Of a stretch of 64,000 bases of DNA, positions 40,201-53,700 are shown piece after piece. A program made the position numbers and the translations under genes. The first letter of the stretch is position 1; every line of letters begins with the position of its first letter. A model generated the notes under the pieces. That model did not search any database. It saw only the letters and a list, made by a program, of their open reading frames with translations, and had not been told where the DNA came from. The DNA comes from Camelus ferus. Taxonomy: Eukaryota. The DNA lies in the NCBI RefSeq assembly GCF_009834535.1, contig NC_045696.1, forward strand, positions 105,650,001 through 105,714,000. Reading direction: 5' to 3'.

Positions 40201-41619
40201 AGCTAAAGAATGATGTCAATAGGAAAGCAGAAAAAGAAATCTCCAGGACACTTCACTCTCACAGAAACAATGATTGGACTGCCATCTATGAGCAAAAGCT
40301 CCTTTGTAGGAACTTTGGGACTAGGTAAGAGGCTGTGAAACACCAGTAAGAACCCAAGACCAAGGAGGGTACTTTGACAAGGCAGGCTTCAGTGGAGGCC
40401 CACTGACTATTATGTAGTACCAGCTATAGATTCAGAAGCTGCCCCATCCCTCTATGAACCTGGCTCCATCTCCACTTGTCTGAGCTCCTGCCCCAGTCCT
40501 ATTGACCAAGGGACACAGGAAGAGCCACTCCATTAATGCCCTCAGTAACAGGTCATTGACCATGGACCCAACTACAGACCCTAAAAGCAGCCCTGTAATC
40601 CAGCTCCAGCCCTGCCTGACTAGAGTCCCAGAGGCAGTCCCATCATTCTGAAGACCCAGTAGGAGAAGTTATTTACTTGGCAAAACCAGTCTGTAAAGAT
40701 TGTAAGAGGTGTCTGCTTCTTCAGAGTCACAGACATCAATGAGAAACTACAAGGATCATGAAGAATTAGATGAACAGGACACCACCAAAATGAAACTAAT
40801 AAAACTTCATAACAAACCCTAATGAAATGGAAATCCGTGAATTACTTGACAAAGTATTCAAAATAATCACCTTAAAGAAATTCAATAAGCCACCAAAGAA
40901 GATAGGTAGACAAGTAAATAAAATCAGGAAAACAATATGTAAACAAAATGAGAAGTTTTAATGAAGGAATAGCATAAAAAAGAACCAAATAGAAATCCTG
41001 GAGCTAAAGAATACAATGACTAAACTGAAAAATTCAAGGGTAGAGCTTAACAGAAGATTCAATTATGTAGAAGAAATAGTCAGAAAACCTGAAGAGAGGT
41101 CTTTTGAAATTATCTAGCTAGAGGGACAAAAAGAAAAAATAATTAAGGAGTGAAAAAAGCATATGAGGATTATGTGAAACCATCAAATGAAATAAGATAC
41201 ACATCATAGGAGTTCCAGAAGGATAAGAAAGGGTCAAAACGCTTGTTTAAAGAAATAATGACTGAGAACTTCCCATTGGAAGGAAAGTGGGCATCTTGAA
41301 TCATGAAGCCCAAAAGTCTCCAAAGAGGTCTACACTGAGATACATAATAATTAAATTATCAAAAGACAAAGAATTTTGAAAGCAACTTGTAATGTACAAG
41401 GAAGCCCATCAGGTTTTCTCAGCAGAAATTTTCCAGGCCAGGAAACAGTATGATGATATATTCAAAGTACTTCAAGAAAAAAAAAAAAACTACCAACCAA
41501 GAATACTTTACTTGAAAAAACTATCCTTTAAGAATGAAGGATAGGTAAAGACTTTCTCAATCAAAAACTGAGGGAATTCATCACCACTAGACCTGCCTTA
41601 CAAGAAGTGCTAAAGGGGG

Positions 41620-41716
41620 ATGGGGAGGACAATAGCTCAGTGGTAAAGTGCATGCTTAGCATGCATAAGGTCCTGGGTTCTATCCCCAATACTTCCATTA
41701 AAAAAAAAAAAAAAAA
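41620..41716 (+). mobile_element. Vic-1-like SINE
   Basis: tagctcagtggtaaagtgcatgcttagcatgcataaggtcctgggttc plus A-tail. TSD aagaagtgctaaagg / aagatgtgctaaagg. Confidence 0.88.
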
Positions 41717-43594
41717 GATGTGCTAAAGGAATTTCTTCAAGTTGAAATGAAAAACTGCTAAACAACAATGCAAAAGCAATTCAACTATAAATCTCATTGC
41801 TAAAGGTAAATACAAAGACAAACAGAATATTGTGATAGAGTAATTGTGGCACATAGATCAATTTTAACAATAGTGTATAAATTTGAAGACAAAAACTGCA
41901 AAAATAACTATAACCATAGAAATTTGTAATGAAAAACAATGTGAAAAAAGTAAAATCTGCCATCAGTTATATAAAGTGAAGGGGTGGGTAAAGTATAGTT
42001 TCTGCAAGTGATTGAAGTTAAGTTGTTTCAGCTTAAAACAGATTGGTATAACTATAAAATGTTCAATGCAAACCCCATGGTAACAACACACCAAAATGTG
42101 TGTCTGGTGTGTGTGTGTAACACACACACACATATATATAGTAGATACACAAAAGATAAAAAGAAAAAAACCAAATCTCATTGCTTCCAGAAAATCATCA
42201 TGTCACAACAAGAAAAGAAGGGAAAAACAAGAAAACTACCAAAAGGCAGAAAAAGTTAACAAAAATGTCAACAGTAAGTCCTTACCTATCAATAATTACT
42301 TTAAATGTAAATAGACTAACTCCCCAATTAAAAAAGAGAGAGAAAATGGCTGAATGAGTGAAAGAACAAGACCCAACTGTAAGCTGTCTACAAGAGACTT
42401 ACTTTAGGTTTAAGGAAACACACAGGTTGAAAGTGAAGGGGTAAGAAAGATATCCCTTGCAAATGATAAACCACAGACAGCAGGGGTAGCTAAACCCACT
42501 TCAGAGAAAAATTATTTTTTTGAGCCAAAACTTTCTTAAGAGACAAAGAAGATCACTATATAACAATATAAGGTCAGTTGAATAGAAAGATGTAACAATT
42601 ATAAATGTATATGACCCAATATCAAATCACTTAAATGTATAATGTAAATATTGACAAAAATGAAGGGAGAAATAGATATGATACAATAACATGAGGAGAC
42701 TTTAATGCCTCATTCTCTATAATGGATAGATCATCCAGTCTGAAAATTAATAAGAAAACAGCATAAATGAACAACAACAGAGACCAAATGGACATAAGAG
42801 ACATATACAGAACTTTTTACCCAACAGCAGAAGAATACATATCCTTCTCAAGCACACGTGAAACAGTCTCCAGGATAGATCACAGGTTAGGTCACAAAAC
42901 AAGTCTTACCAAATTTAAGACTAAAATCATTCCAAGTTTCTTTTCAACCGCAATGGAATGAATCTAGAAATCAATAACAATAAGAAAATGGGGAAAATTC
43001 ACAAATATGTGGAAACAAAACTAAACACTCTTAAGACAATCATTAGGTCAAAGAGGAAATCAAAATATAATTTTTTAATATCTCAAGACAAACAAAAATA
43101 AAAGCACAACATACCAAAACTTATGGAAGGCAGCAAAAGCAGTAGTAAGAGAAAAGTTTATAGCAAAAAACCTACATCAAAAAGAAGAAAGATCTGAAAG
43201 AAATCATCCTAACTTCATACCTAAAGACCAATAAAAAGAAGAACAAAGCCCAATGTTAAAAGAAGGAAGGAAATAATAAAAATTGAAGCAAAAATAAATC
43301 AAATAGAGAATAGAAAAACAATAGAAAAATCAACAATACTGACTTGTTTTTTCAAACAATAAACAAAATCAACAAACTCTGAGCTTGACTAATAAAAAAG
43401 AGAGAAGATTCAGATAAATAAAATCATAAATTAAAAGGAGACATTACAGTAGATATCTTAGAAACAAAAAAACAAAAAAGAATATCAAGGGTCTATTATG
43501 AACAATTATACACCAACAAATTCCATAACCTAGAAGAAATGAGTAAATTCCTAGAAACATACAACCTACCAAAACTGAATCAAGGAGAAATCAA

Positions 43595-44192
43595 CCCTAC
43601 TTCAAAAAGACACCTGCACCCCAGTGTTCATAGCAGCACTATTTCCAATAGTCAAGACATGGAAACAGCCTAAATGTCCATCAACAGATGACTGGATAAA
43701 GAAGATGTGCTATATTTATACAATGGAATACTATTCAGCTATAAAAACCAACAACATAACGCCATTTGCAGCAACATGGATGTTCCTGGAGAATGTCATT
43801 CTAAGTGAAGTAAGCCAGAAAGAGAAAGAAAAATACCATATGAGATTGCTCATATGTGGAATCTAAAAAAAGAACATAAATACAAAACAGAAACAGACTC
43901 ATAGACATAGAAGGCAAATTTGTGGTTGCCAAGGAGGAGAGAGGTGGGAAGGGATAGACTGGAAGTTCAAAATTTGTAGATACTGACAGGCATATGTAGA
44001 ATAGATAAACAAGATTATACTGTATAGCACAGGGAAATATATACAAGATCTTGTGGTAGCTCACAGTGAAAAAAAATGTGACAATGAATATATGTATGTT
44101 CATGTATAACTGAAAAATTGTGCTCTACACTGGAATTTGACACAACATTGTAAAATGACTATAATCCAATAAAAAAAAGTTAAAAAAAAAAA
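43595..44192 (+). mobile_element. Young 5'-truncated L1 nested in an older L1
   Basis: ORF 43624..43866 ends LICGI*. 13-bp TSD aaggagaaatcaa / aagaagaaatcaa (43582-43594, 44193-44205; 1 mismatch). Confidence 0.93.
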
Positions 44193-45869
44193 AAGAAGAA
44201 ATCAAAGGCCTGAACAAACCAATAAAAAATGAGGAGATTGAATTAGTAAACAAAGAAAAGCCTAGGTCTAGATGGCTTCATGTGTTAATTTTACCAAACA
44301 GTCAAAGAAGAATTACCACCTATCCTTCGTAAACTCTTACTAAAAATGGAAGATGCAGGAACACTTTCAAACTAATTTTATGAGGCCACCATCACTCTGA
44401 TACCAAACCCAGGCAAAGACACTACAAGGAACTAAAACTGCAATTCAATATCCCTGAAGGACCTAGGTGCAAAGATCCTCAATAAAATACTCGCAAACCA
44501 ACTTCAACAACACATTCAAAAAATTATATGCCATGACTATTGGGGTTTATCCCTGGGATGCAAAGACAGTTCAACATATCCAAATCAATCAATGTGATTC
44601 ACCAGATTAACAGAATGAAAGATTAAAAACCACAGGGTCAGCTCAGTAAATGCAGAATATTTGAAATAATTTGAAAAAGCTAAACATCTATTCATGATAA
44701 AAATATTAACAATATAGATATAGAAAGAACTTACCTTACCATAATAAAGATGATATATGAAAACTCCACAGCTAGTATCATAGACAATGGAGGAAAACTG
44801 AAAGCTCTTCTTCAAAGATCCCATACAAAACAAGGATGCCCATCCTCACCACTTCTCTTCAACACAGTATGGGAAATTCTAGCCAAAGCAATCAAACTAG
44901 AAAAAGAAATAAAAGGAATCCAAATCAGAAAGAAGAGGTACAATTACTTCTATCTATATATGATCATGTGGGTAGAAAACCGTAAAGACTCAACAACAAC
45001 AAAACTGTTAGCACTAATAAACAAATTCACTGAAGCTGCAGGATGCAAAATCAAAACACACACACACACACACAAAAGTGGCATTTCTATACACAACTTA
45101 GAAAGTATCTGAAGAAAATTAAGAAAACAATCCCACTTGCAACAGAACAAAAAATAAAATACTTATGAGTAAACTTAACCAAAGAGGTGAAAGACTTGTA
45201 CACTGAAGATTATTAAAAATTGACGGAGGAAATTAAAAAACAAAGGTAAATGGAAAGATATCCCATGTTCATGGATTGGAAGAATTACTATTGTTAAAAT
45301 ATCCATATTGCCCAAAGTGCTCTACAGATTCAATGCCATGCCTATCAAAATCCCAATGACATTCTTTACAGAAATAGGAAAAACAATCCTCAAATTCCTA
45401 TGAAGCCACAAAAGACCCCAAATTGCAAAGGCAATCTTGAGCAAGCACAAAGATGGAGGCATCAGAATTTTCTGATTTCAAAATACATTAAAAATCTACA
45501 ATAATTAAAACAGTATGGTACTGGCATAAAAACAGACATATAGACCCAAGGAAGAGAATAGAGAGTTCAGTAATAGACCCGCATATTTACAGTAAACTGA
45601 TCTTCAACATGGGTGCCAGGAATACATAATAGTCTTTTGCCTTCTTGATAAAGGTTATTTCTAAGTATTTAATTCTTTTTTGTGCTATTGTAATGAGTTG
45701 GCTTTTTTAAAAAGGTTTTCCCACTAATGCTGATTTAAGATAGTCACATTTTTCTATATCATTATGAGTGGTTTCTTAAGAAATTTAGCAATATATATAT
45801 TGAAATCACATGGTTTCAGCTAGCAACTCTTGAGAGCACCACATATTATCTGAGTGAAAGATTTTTTTT

Positions 45870-46730
45870 CATTTTTCTTTTTCAGGGGCCATCCATTAAT
45901 ATAATAAAATGGCTGCTTTGAATTCCTCCAGGGATTTATGGAAATTTAACTTTGGATAAGTTTACTTGTTTGGCATAATGATCTGCTAGAGCATCTTAAC
46001 TTCCATATTGTCTCCTTCTGCTTGGGGTTCAGCTTTTCCCGTAGCCACCTCAAGGAAGCAGAAGTACATCTTGAAGTTCCTTAACTTGTTCACTTCTGAG
46101 GCAAGAACAGCAGAGGCAAGAAACTCCCTTTGTTTCCAAAGCAGCCCGAAGTCATGTACTACACCAAAAGCACACCTGCTATGTGTATATGTTTAATTCC
46201 TGGCCTGGCTGGTAGACAAGCTGTAGTAAGTGCAATAAGTTCTGTTATCTGGGCTGATTTTACCTCAGGTAGGAGACTATATACTAAAGGAGAGTTTAGA
46301 TTACTGATAGAATAGTCTGCTTGATAACCTCCAGTTTCAGTTTTGAGACATGATCCATCAACAAATAATATTAGGTCAGGGTCTCAGTAGGAGTCTCTAG
46401 TAAATTTGAGCCAAGTACAGAGAGTTTCCTAACTGAAGTAAGACAATCATGAGTCTCCCCTTCTTTTGGTAGAGCTGGGAGAGTGGCTGGATTAAGAGTG
46501 TTGTAGTGAAGAATAGTAATATGAGAGGGAGAAAGTAATAGTATTTTGGAAAATATTAATCGGCTGGTTGAAAAGTGTGTGTTCTGTCATCAACAATGTC
46601 TGTATTGAATGAAGAACAATAAAATCAAATAAGAAGGCTAGAACTCATTCAGCAGAAGCATCAACAAGTTTTGCAGACAGCTGTTGCTCTATGACAAATG
46701 GGATAAAACTTTCCAAAGGGGTCAAGGGTG
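45870..46730 (-). mobile_element. ERV pol tether and RNase H remnant (continuation of the arm 2 ERV copy)
   Basis: Minus-strand remnants NTLNPATLPALP, DPDLILFVDGSC, SAQITELIALT and YTHSRCAFGVVHDFGLLWKQREFL. Confidence 0.8.
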
Positions 46731-48034
46731 AGAGTATTAGAAGCGATGTTTTTGGTTGTTTTTAGAGGTTGAGGTAGCAGGTAAACACTCCCCTGGCCAT
46801 TTTACTGATGTATGCAACTTGCCTCTGGCAGACTTCTAACAAAATCCTCATTTTTTGTACATCAAGCAGGTTCCCCTTTCCTTTAAATCATGAGGATATC
46901 AAACTTTTAAAATGTATATTCATTTTTTAAAAATCTTACCCATGAAGTTAACTTCTCAAAGGGATTGTTTTTCTTCCTTACCTTCTAAAAGTAACATATT
47001 TATTTTTAGGACAATTTTAGATTACTGAAAATTGAACAGACAGCTCACAGTTCCATGTATCTCACCTCTCCCACACAGTTTCCCCTATTATTAACATCTT
47101 GCATTTCTATGGTACGCTTGTTATCATTGATAAACTGATAGTAATACGTTATAACTCATGTTCATAGTTTACATTAACACTCTCCCTTTGTGGTGTATAC
47201 TTCTATGGATTTTGACAAATGCATGATGTCATGCATACAAGTGTATCATACAGGGTAGTTTCCCCACCCTACAGATCACTTGTACTTCATCTATTCACCC
47301 TATTCCCTCTGAACCCCCTGGCAAACACAGATCTTTTAACTGTCTCCATACTTTTACCTATTTCAGAATGATATATATTTAGCTGGATGCATAGAGTATG
47401 CAGTTTTTCAAACTGGCTTCTTCTTAACAATATGCATTTGAGGTTCCTTCACAACTTTTCATGGCTTGGTCAAAGTTCTTTTTTTTTAATCACTTAATAA
47501 TATTTCATCGTATACATAAACCACAGACTTTATCCATCTGTCAATGGAGAGAGTTCTTAATTCCTTATAGATTTGGGGGCAACAAATGGAGTTTTTCTTA
47601 TTTATTTATATTTATATTTGAAAAACAGTTAATTTATAATTTTATATTCATTTCAAGTGTACAACATACTGATTCAATGTTTATAGAATATGCTTCATTT
47701 AAAGTTGTTATAAAATATTGGCTGTACTCCTTGTACTGTAGAGTATATACTTAAAGCTGCTTTATTTTATACATAGTAGTTTCTGTCTCTAACTCCTACC
47801 CTTATGGTCCTTCTCCCCACTGATAACCACTAGGTTTCCTCTAGACTGGTAGTCTGTTCCTCTTTTATTACATTCAATTCTTTCTTTCACGTTTTATATT
47901 ACATATATAAGGGGTAAGATATAGTATTTGTCTTTCTATATCTAACTTATTTCACTAAGCAGAATACACTCCAGGTTCACACACATTTTGGAAAATTACA
48001 AAATTTCATTCTTTTTTATGTCTGAGTAATTCTT

Positions 48035-50140
48035 GGGAGCAAAGAGTTTTCACCAGTTCTCATCCAGGTGAGTTAAAAACTTGAGGGCTTGTCAGATTGC
48101 TTATGCACAAATAAACATAAGAGCTTTTAGTAGTTAGGAGTAACTAGAGAAAAGGGTCGTTGAGTAGGCTTCTTCGGCTTACAGACGTCCTCTTCACACT
48201 GGAATTCGCCAGAAGAGGATCTCTGACTGAGGACTTAGGTCAATTCATAAAGAGGTGTTTCAATCTTGGTAAAACTTGGCACTCATTGTCTGCAATATTC
48301 AGTTAATACTAGAAATACTCTTAATTGTGTTTTGTGGGGAGTCCAGGATATGTTTGGATAGTCTTTAGTCTATCAAGAGAGAATGTTTTTCCTTCCTGAG
48401 ATGGATCTCACCCTCAATAATGTATTTTGGCAAAACTATAACTTATTTCTGAAAGTTTATGTCTCTTGATTGCTAAGGCTGGGGCAAGTCAATGGAATCC
48501 TTTTATAGGCTTCCTTGTTCTTTGAACAAAGTAGGAGATTATCTTCCATATTGTGTTAAGAAATGAATCACAAGGCAAATGTAGACCTTTTAAGTCTTGA
48601 TCGAGGGCCGGGGGAAATAGGAAGGGGCTCCCGTGTGCTCCAGGGACATGACTGTCCAGGGATATCGTTCACCAGGTGAAGGCAAAAAGGTATTGGCTGT
48701 CTTGGTCTAGAAGCACATTGGAAAAAGGCAGAGCAAAGATTCATTGGAGTGAAGCAAGTGGCTTCAGGTGGAATTGAAGATAGGCTTGTATATGAGTTAA
48801 TTTCTGTCAGGAAGTAAGAACACCTGTTTTGCCGATGACCTTAAGGTCTTGAACAAATCAACACCCTTGTCTGTTTGGTTACTCTTCTTACAAGATGGGA
48901 GTGTTATGAGGGCAGTGGATGGGAAGACCTTTGTGTATCAGGCATTTGACTATACATTTGAGCATTTCCTTTGGTTTCAAGGAGTACTGGGGAAAGTTTG
49001 GGTAATGGTTTGTAAAACGTATCTAAACAGTTTCTTCTCCCATTGTTCTATGTCAGTAAAATCTCTAGCCCATAGAGGGTCAGATATGGTGTCAAGATCT
49101 TGACCTGAGGTATGTGTTAAATACAGTGGGGAATGCAAAGGTATATTCAGAAGAGACAATTGCTTATGAATAGACAAGTCCTCTGAAACCTCAATAAATA
49201 GTCCCTCTAGTGTGCTTTTAATATAACAATTTGATGTCTAAAGTAAGTTCTACTTTGATATATTTGTAAGTGTGTTGTCACGGAGTAGGAGGAATGTTTC
49301 CAGTCAAATGGCTAAAAGATTACATTTAAAGGTTGGTAAATAAAGGAAATCTGTGAGTTATTTGAAATACTGGTCATCCGTGTGGTACATTTAAACCACT
49401 GAAGAGGGTCAGCCAAAATGGCAGGGGTTAATATAGAAAGAGTAGGAGTTGTATTGCTTTTTTTGGAAATGTTTCGGGTATGGTTTTTAGGAGACTTTAT
49501 CCAACTTTTCAGGCTTGTTGCTGGACCCTTAGGTATACTGTGGTGAGAGAGATCCTGTAGATCCTTTCCTGAGTCAGTTCAATCTGCATTACCATCAGGA
49601 AATTAGCATCTGCAGTTCTAACCAATATGTGTATGAGTGATATGCATCAGGTAATTCTGGGTCTTATGCACCTAAAATAATTCTAAATTCTCCTATAAAT
49701 ATTAGCTGGTCTTTGAATATAGTGAAATTTTGTCAATAGCTCCTAATTCAGTTCAGGTACAAAGTCTAAACTCTACAGTTGTATAAATACCTGAGGCATG
49801 GGGGTGAATTTTAAGAGACAGCAGGCAACTTGGGGTTCTTTGGAGGTTTGATGGGAAAAGGGTAGGGGACCTGGACAAGGAGAATTGGAAACAGGAGTCA
49901 GTGGAAGTTCAGAGGAGAAAGAATGGCAGGAGAACAGAGGGAGATCTAGATAGAAAGGGAACTAGATAAATTCATAGAGAAATGAATCTAGTTGCTGTTT
50001 TGCAAACTGGTAATTATCTTTGGCCACAGAAGTTTAATGAAGCAACTTTTACATGAGAGTTTTGTTTGGACTCATCCTTAAATGGAATCAAAATGTGCTG
50101 TTCATTGAAACTGGGGAATGTTATTCCCTTCTCTAAAGCT
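48035..50140 (-). mobile_element. Duplicated ERV gag-RT remnant (arm 2)
   Basis: Reverse complement of ~31990-34090. ORF-track peptides 32947..33150 and 48977..49177 are near-identical at their N-termini. Confidence 0.85.
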
Positions 50141-51470
50141 GTTAAATCAAAACATTCTTACAAGCAGAATGTAAAAAGTAACAGAAACAAATGCATAAGC
50201 AATGCTGAAAAAAAATCACAGTTACAGAAAACAAACTATTATATACCCAGGGGGAGAGGAAAAATAAATAAGGAATAAAAAATACCAACTATTAGATGTA
50301 TAATTGATAAGGAACATAAATCTAACGTGAAAACAGGGAATTGTAATCATGGCTTTGTCACTAGTGGTAATGGACTATAATCAGTAAAATTCCTTAAAAA
50401 AATACTGAATCACTGGGCTATATACCTAACAATCCTATGAAACAGTAAAGCAACTTGATTTCAAACAATAATCCAATCAATCCATCAACCAATCCATAAA
50501 ACCTTTACAATGACCTTGCTCTAACTGCTTTTCCTAGACCACTTTCTCTTCCCGCATCCTCCCAGGGGCATCCAATTTTTTTTTTCAGTCCAAGAAGCAC
50601 CGAGACTGCTGTCTTTTGCTCTTTTTTACCAGGGTTCTGGATGGACTCCAATTACTCAAACAGTCCACATAGCTGGCTTAGGGATACCAATAAACCATTA
50701 AACCCTAAATTTTATAATAATTTGAGAAAGCCTTTGGAGTCAACACAACCCCACTTCCCCTCCCCCCAAAAGAAGACAGAAATTCAAAATTTTCAAGATC
50801 AGAAAGACTGGAAAATAACTTTTTCCATAAGAGAAGGCTTCCCTAAAAGCCACTACAAAAAGGATCATAATTAAAGGTAAACTAGAAGCATTTCCATTCG
50901 CATAAGGCATAGGCAGAGATAACTACATCACATCGGATTGCAAGGAAGATCCAATCAAAATATGAAGGACAGATAAAGGCAGGTGGAGAAAACAAAAGAC
51001 AGTCTTCTCATGATTGGGAAGTATTGTAGTCTTGATTGGTCAACCAAGAGAATCTAACAGAGAAGCCACTGTAGAAATTCAGCCCTTTTGCAGGATACCA
51101 GACGAACATGGGAGCGATATGGTGCTTTATGCCAGTGACAATTCACAAAACACACGAGCAGTCTAAGGGCTATAAAAACACACACTCTGCAGAATTGCTG
51201 ACTTTCCCATGACAGGAGATTTCTATTTAAAATAGATAAGAAGATATAAAAAATAAATTAGAGAAACAAATTTCTTCTGTGTAGTCAATTTCTTGTAATA
51301 ATCTTTAATGAACAAGAATATGAAAACGAATACATGTACGTATCTGTATGACTGGAACATTATGCTGTAAGAGATTGACTGTACTTGTAATTGACTATAC
51401 TTCAATCTTTAAAAAAAAAAATAGGTAAGAAAAAGAACGGGAAACAGTAGGTTCTTTGGAAGAAAACATT

Positions 51471-51476
51471 TTTATT
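51471..51476 (-). promoter_or_regulatory. Candidate polyadenylation signal (AATAAA) for PRR23 copy 2
   Basis: tttatt on + strand, ~680 nt past the stop, followed on the minus strand by T-rich sequence. Confidence 0.45.
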
Positions 51477-52153
51477 GAAACCCGCAAACCCAGCAACAGC
51501 GTTGATCAATTGGCCAACCGAGTCATTCAAACACAGGAAAGCCCATGGTCCTTGTTCCCCATTCTGTGTTTTGTAGCCCACAAGCGTTCATCCACCTACA
51601 AACACTGGCCATATCCCCCAGAGGGGCTAGAGCCACCATCCAGCAAAGCTCCACATGAGTCCAGGGTTGTCATCAACTAGCAGGGACACTAGGGCCAAAG
51701 CCCTGTCAGCAAAAGAAATTGAGTAACTGACTCCAGTAGGTGGGAATTGGGGCCCTGGAATAGGGCAGGGGTGGGGGAGGCAGTGGTAGGGAGCTGGGGG
51801 AAGGATGGCTTTTTATAGAAAAGTGCTGGTGCTTAGGTTTGAAGGGAAATTGGGGGGAGGGGAGGGGGTAGAGCTGCTTAAGGCTGACCTCCCTAGAGAA
51901 AACCTAAGCAGCAATCTGGATGTCTGCAAGGACACTGTATTTCAAGTGGCTTCCCTTGGCCCAGGTGACCTTCCGTCTCAGTGTTTTAGGTCAGCCACTG
52001 ATGCCAAATTCTGCCATGCAGCATGCATCCTCGCAGCTCTGACCTCTGTCATTCCTGCCCGTTGGGCAATGTCTACACAGCCAATCCCAGCAGACTCTGT
52101 CCCTGTCCCCAGCCTGCTGGGGAGAAATGATGCAGAGTGGGGTCGAGAGGAGT

Positions 52154-52981
52154 TCATTTCAGGATCAGGCGTCTCCGGGCCTTGGGATGAGGACCATGAG
52201 GGCGTTGGGGGCGCTCCTGGGGACCTGGACAAGGAGAAGGAAGTAGAGCTTGTGTCTGGGAAGGGCTCCGCGAGGTGGGAGTCCAGGTGCTGGTCGTGCT
52301 GAGGAGAACCTCTCTCCCGACTAGGCTTGGAGGCCCCAGGCCAGGGCTCTGGCACCCAGCCCTGGAGGTCTGGCCCGACAGCCTTCCTGCAGGATAGCCG
52401 AGTCCTGCCACTGAGCCGGCTGCAGCTTCCATCCCAGGCGACAGGAACTCAGCATCCGCAGCCGCTGCCGCCGCCTTCTCCTCCTCCTCCTCCCCCTCCT
52501 TCTCCTCACCCTCCTCCTCCTGCTCCTCGTCGGCCCCCTCTTGGTCGGAAATTTCTGGGACAGCTAAGCAGAAGAATCCCTGCTCCAGGGCGATGGACTC
52601 CCCCGGAGCGCTCAGGACGGCGACCAGTTCCAGGCCCTGTCCCCATGGGAATTGGACGTCCGAGTCCACGAGGGCCTCAGGGACCAGTGTGAGGGTGCGA
52701 TCTCCGACAGACACTTTCAGCATGGACGTGGGCTCGGGCTGCAGTAGCAGGTCCACGTCGTCTAGAGCCAGGTACAGGGCACAGCCGGTGGCCAGGACCA
52801 CCACGGAGGTGAGCGAGCCCGACGGCGGAGCCGCAGTCAGCTCGCCCAGGCTGGACGCCGCCTCCCACCCGGGGCTGGCGGGCTCCTCCGTTCGGCGGCG
52901 CTTGGCAGGGCTGGGGCCTCCGGCCTGCTCTCCCCGCGCGTCCGCAGGGTAGGCGCTGGGGCTGCGGGGCCGGCTGCCCAT
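52154..52981 (-). CDS. PRR23: PRR23-family proline-rich protein, copy 2 (intronless, 275 aa, with an internal frameshifted segment; could be a pseudogene)
   Basis: ORF track 52154..53101 starts at TTG; first ATG is 52981 (gaggtgATGg). Protein reads MGSRPRSPSAYP...PAKRRRTEEP...LTSVVVLATGCALYLALDDVDLLLQP...KARRRLILK*. Colinear with copy 1, and the length difference is fully explained (263+20-5-3=275). Confidence 0.85.
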   Translation of the reverse strand: MGSRPRSPSAYPADARGEQAGGPSPAKRRRTEEPASPGWEAASSLGELTAAPPSGSLTSVVVLATGCALYLALDDVDLLLQPEPTSMLKVSVGDRTLTLVPEALVDSDVQFPWGQGLELVAVLSAPGESIALEQGFFCLAVPEISDQEGADEEQEEEGEEKEGEEEEEKAAAAAADAEFLSPGMEAAAGSVAGLGYPAGRLSGQTSRAGCQSPGLGPPSLVGREVLLSTTSTWTPTSRSPSQTQALLPSPCPGPQERPQRPHGPHPKARRRLILK

Positions 52982-53700
52982 CACCTCGACCGACCGGCGC
53001 GGGGGACCGCGCTCCCGGGACCTGGCAGAGGGCGACGAAGGGCTCAGTCCTGCACGCTGGGAAAGCTCTCGAAGACCTGCGCACCCGTTCAGAGTATGCA
53101 AGCCTGGGCGGGGAGGGTTATCTTGGGGCGCAGGACGGCGCGACGCGGGGCCAGTCCTCCGAGCTCCGGGAGCTCCTGCCGGGAGTCCCGCAGTCCAGAC
53201 TCGTGGGGGAACGGCGTCCGGCGCTGCCGCTGCTCACCGAAGCCAGCCAGGCGACCCCTTCACGCACCCAAGCCCGATGGCCAGAGATGTGACAAGTGAA
53301 GCCGCTGGGAACGCGCCTGACAATATATCTTCACTCAAGGCTCCGCCCCCTGCGAGGCTCCGCCCCGTAGACCTCGCGCGCTGTCCCAGCTGCCCCAGAG
53401 CCCTGGCTGTGCTGGCTACTTCACTGTAGGAAACTACTTTTCAGAGGCCTCAAGGGGGCCCAACAATCGTGCCCTCTAGGGCTACGCTTCCAGGGTCAAG
53501 GTCTCGGCTTTCCCGAAGTCGGAGTTGCCCGCGGAGAACCTTAACCCAAAAGCCCAGGAAATTTCGGCTCCCACCAGCGGACCACTAGCTGCACCAGGGC
53601 ACTGACATGTCGGGCGCTCCGCCCCCCTGAGACTCCGCCCCGGAAATGTCCTGTGCTCTTGGTTTGGGTCGCTTTGCGGGGAGGGGGGTGACTCTGCGAT
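52982..53700 (-). promoter_or_regulatory. Putative CpG-island promoter/5' UTR of PRR23 copy 2
   Basis: Very CpG-dense. Repeated ctccgcccc GC boxes at ~53341, ~53358, ~53616 and ~53633. Homologous to the copy 1 upstream region. Confidence 0.6.

Larger units (their letters stand above)
40215..45625 (+). mobile_element. Old L1, 5' part (5' UTR, ORF1 remnant, ORF2 through RT), broken at ~45625
   Basis: ORF1-like coiled-coil region ~40740-41750, endonuclease remnant ~42270-42960, RT remnant 44220-45000. Confidence 0.88.

Noticed and set aside
52982..53101. 40-aa N-terminal extension of copy 2 in the ORF track
   Set aside because: Starts at TTG, and the peptide only partly matches the copy 1 extension. 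The shared strong-context ATG is at 52981.
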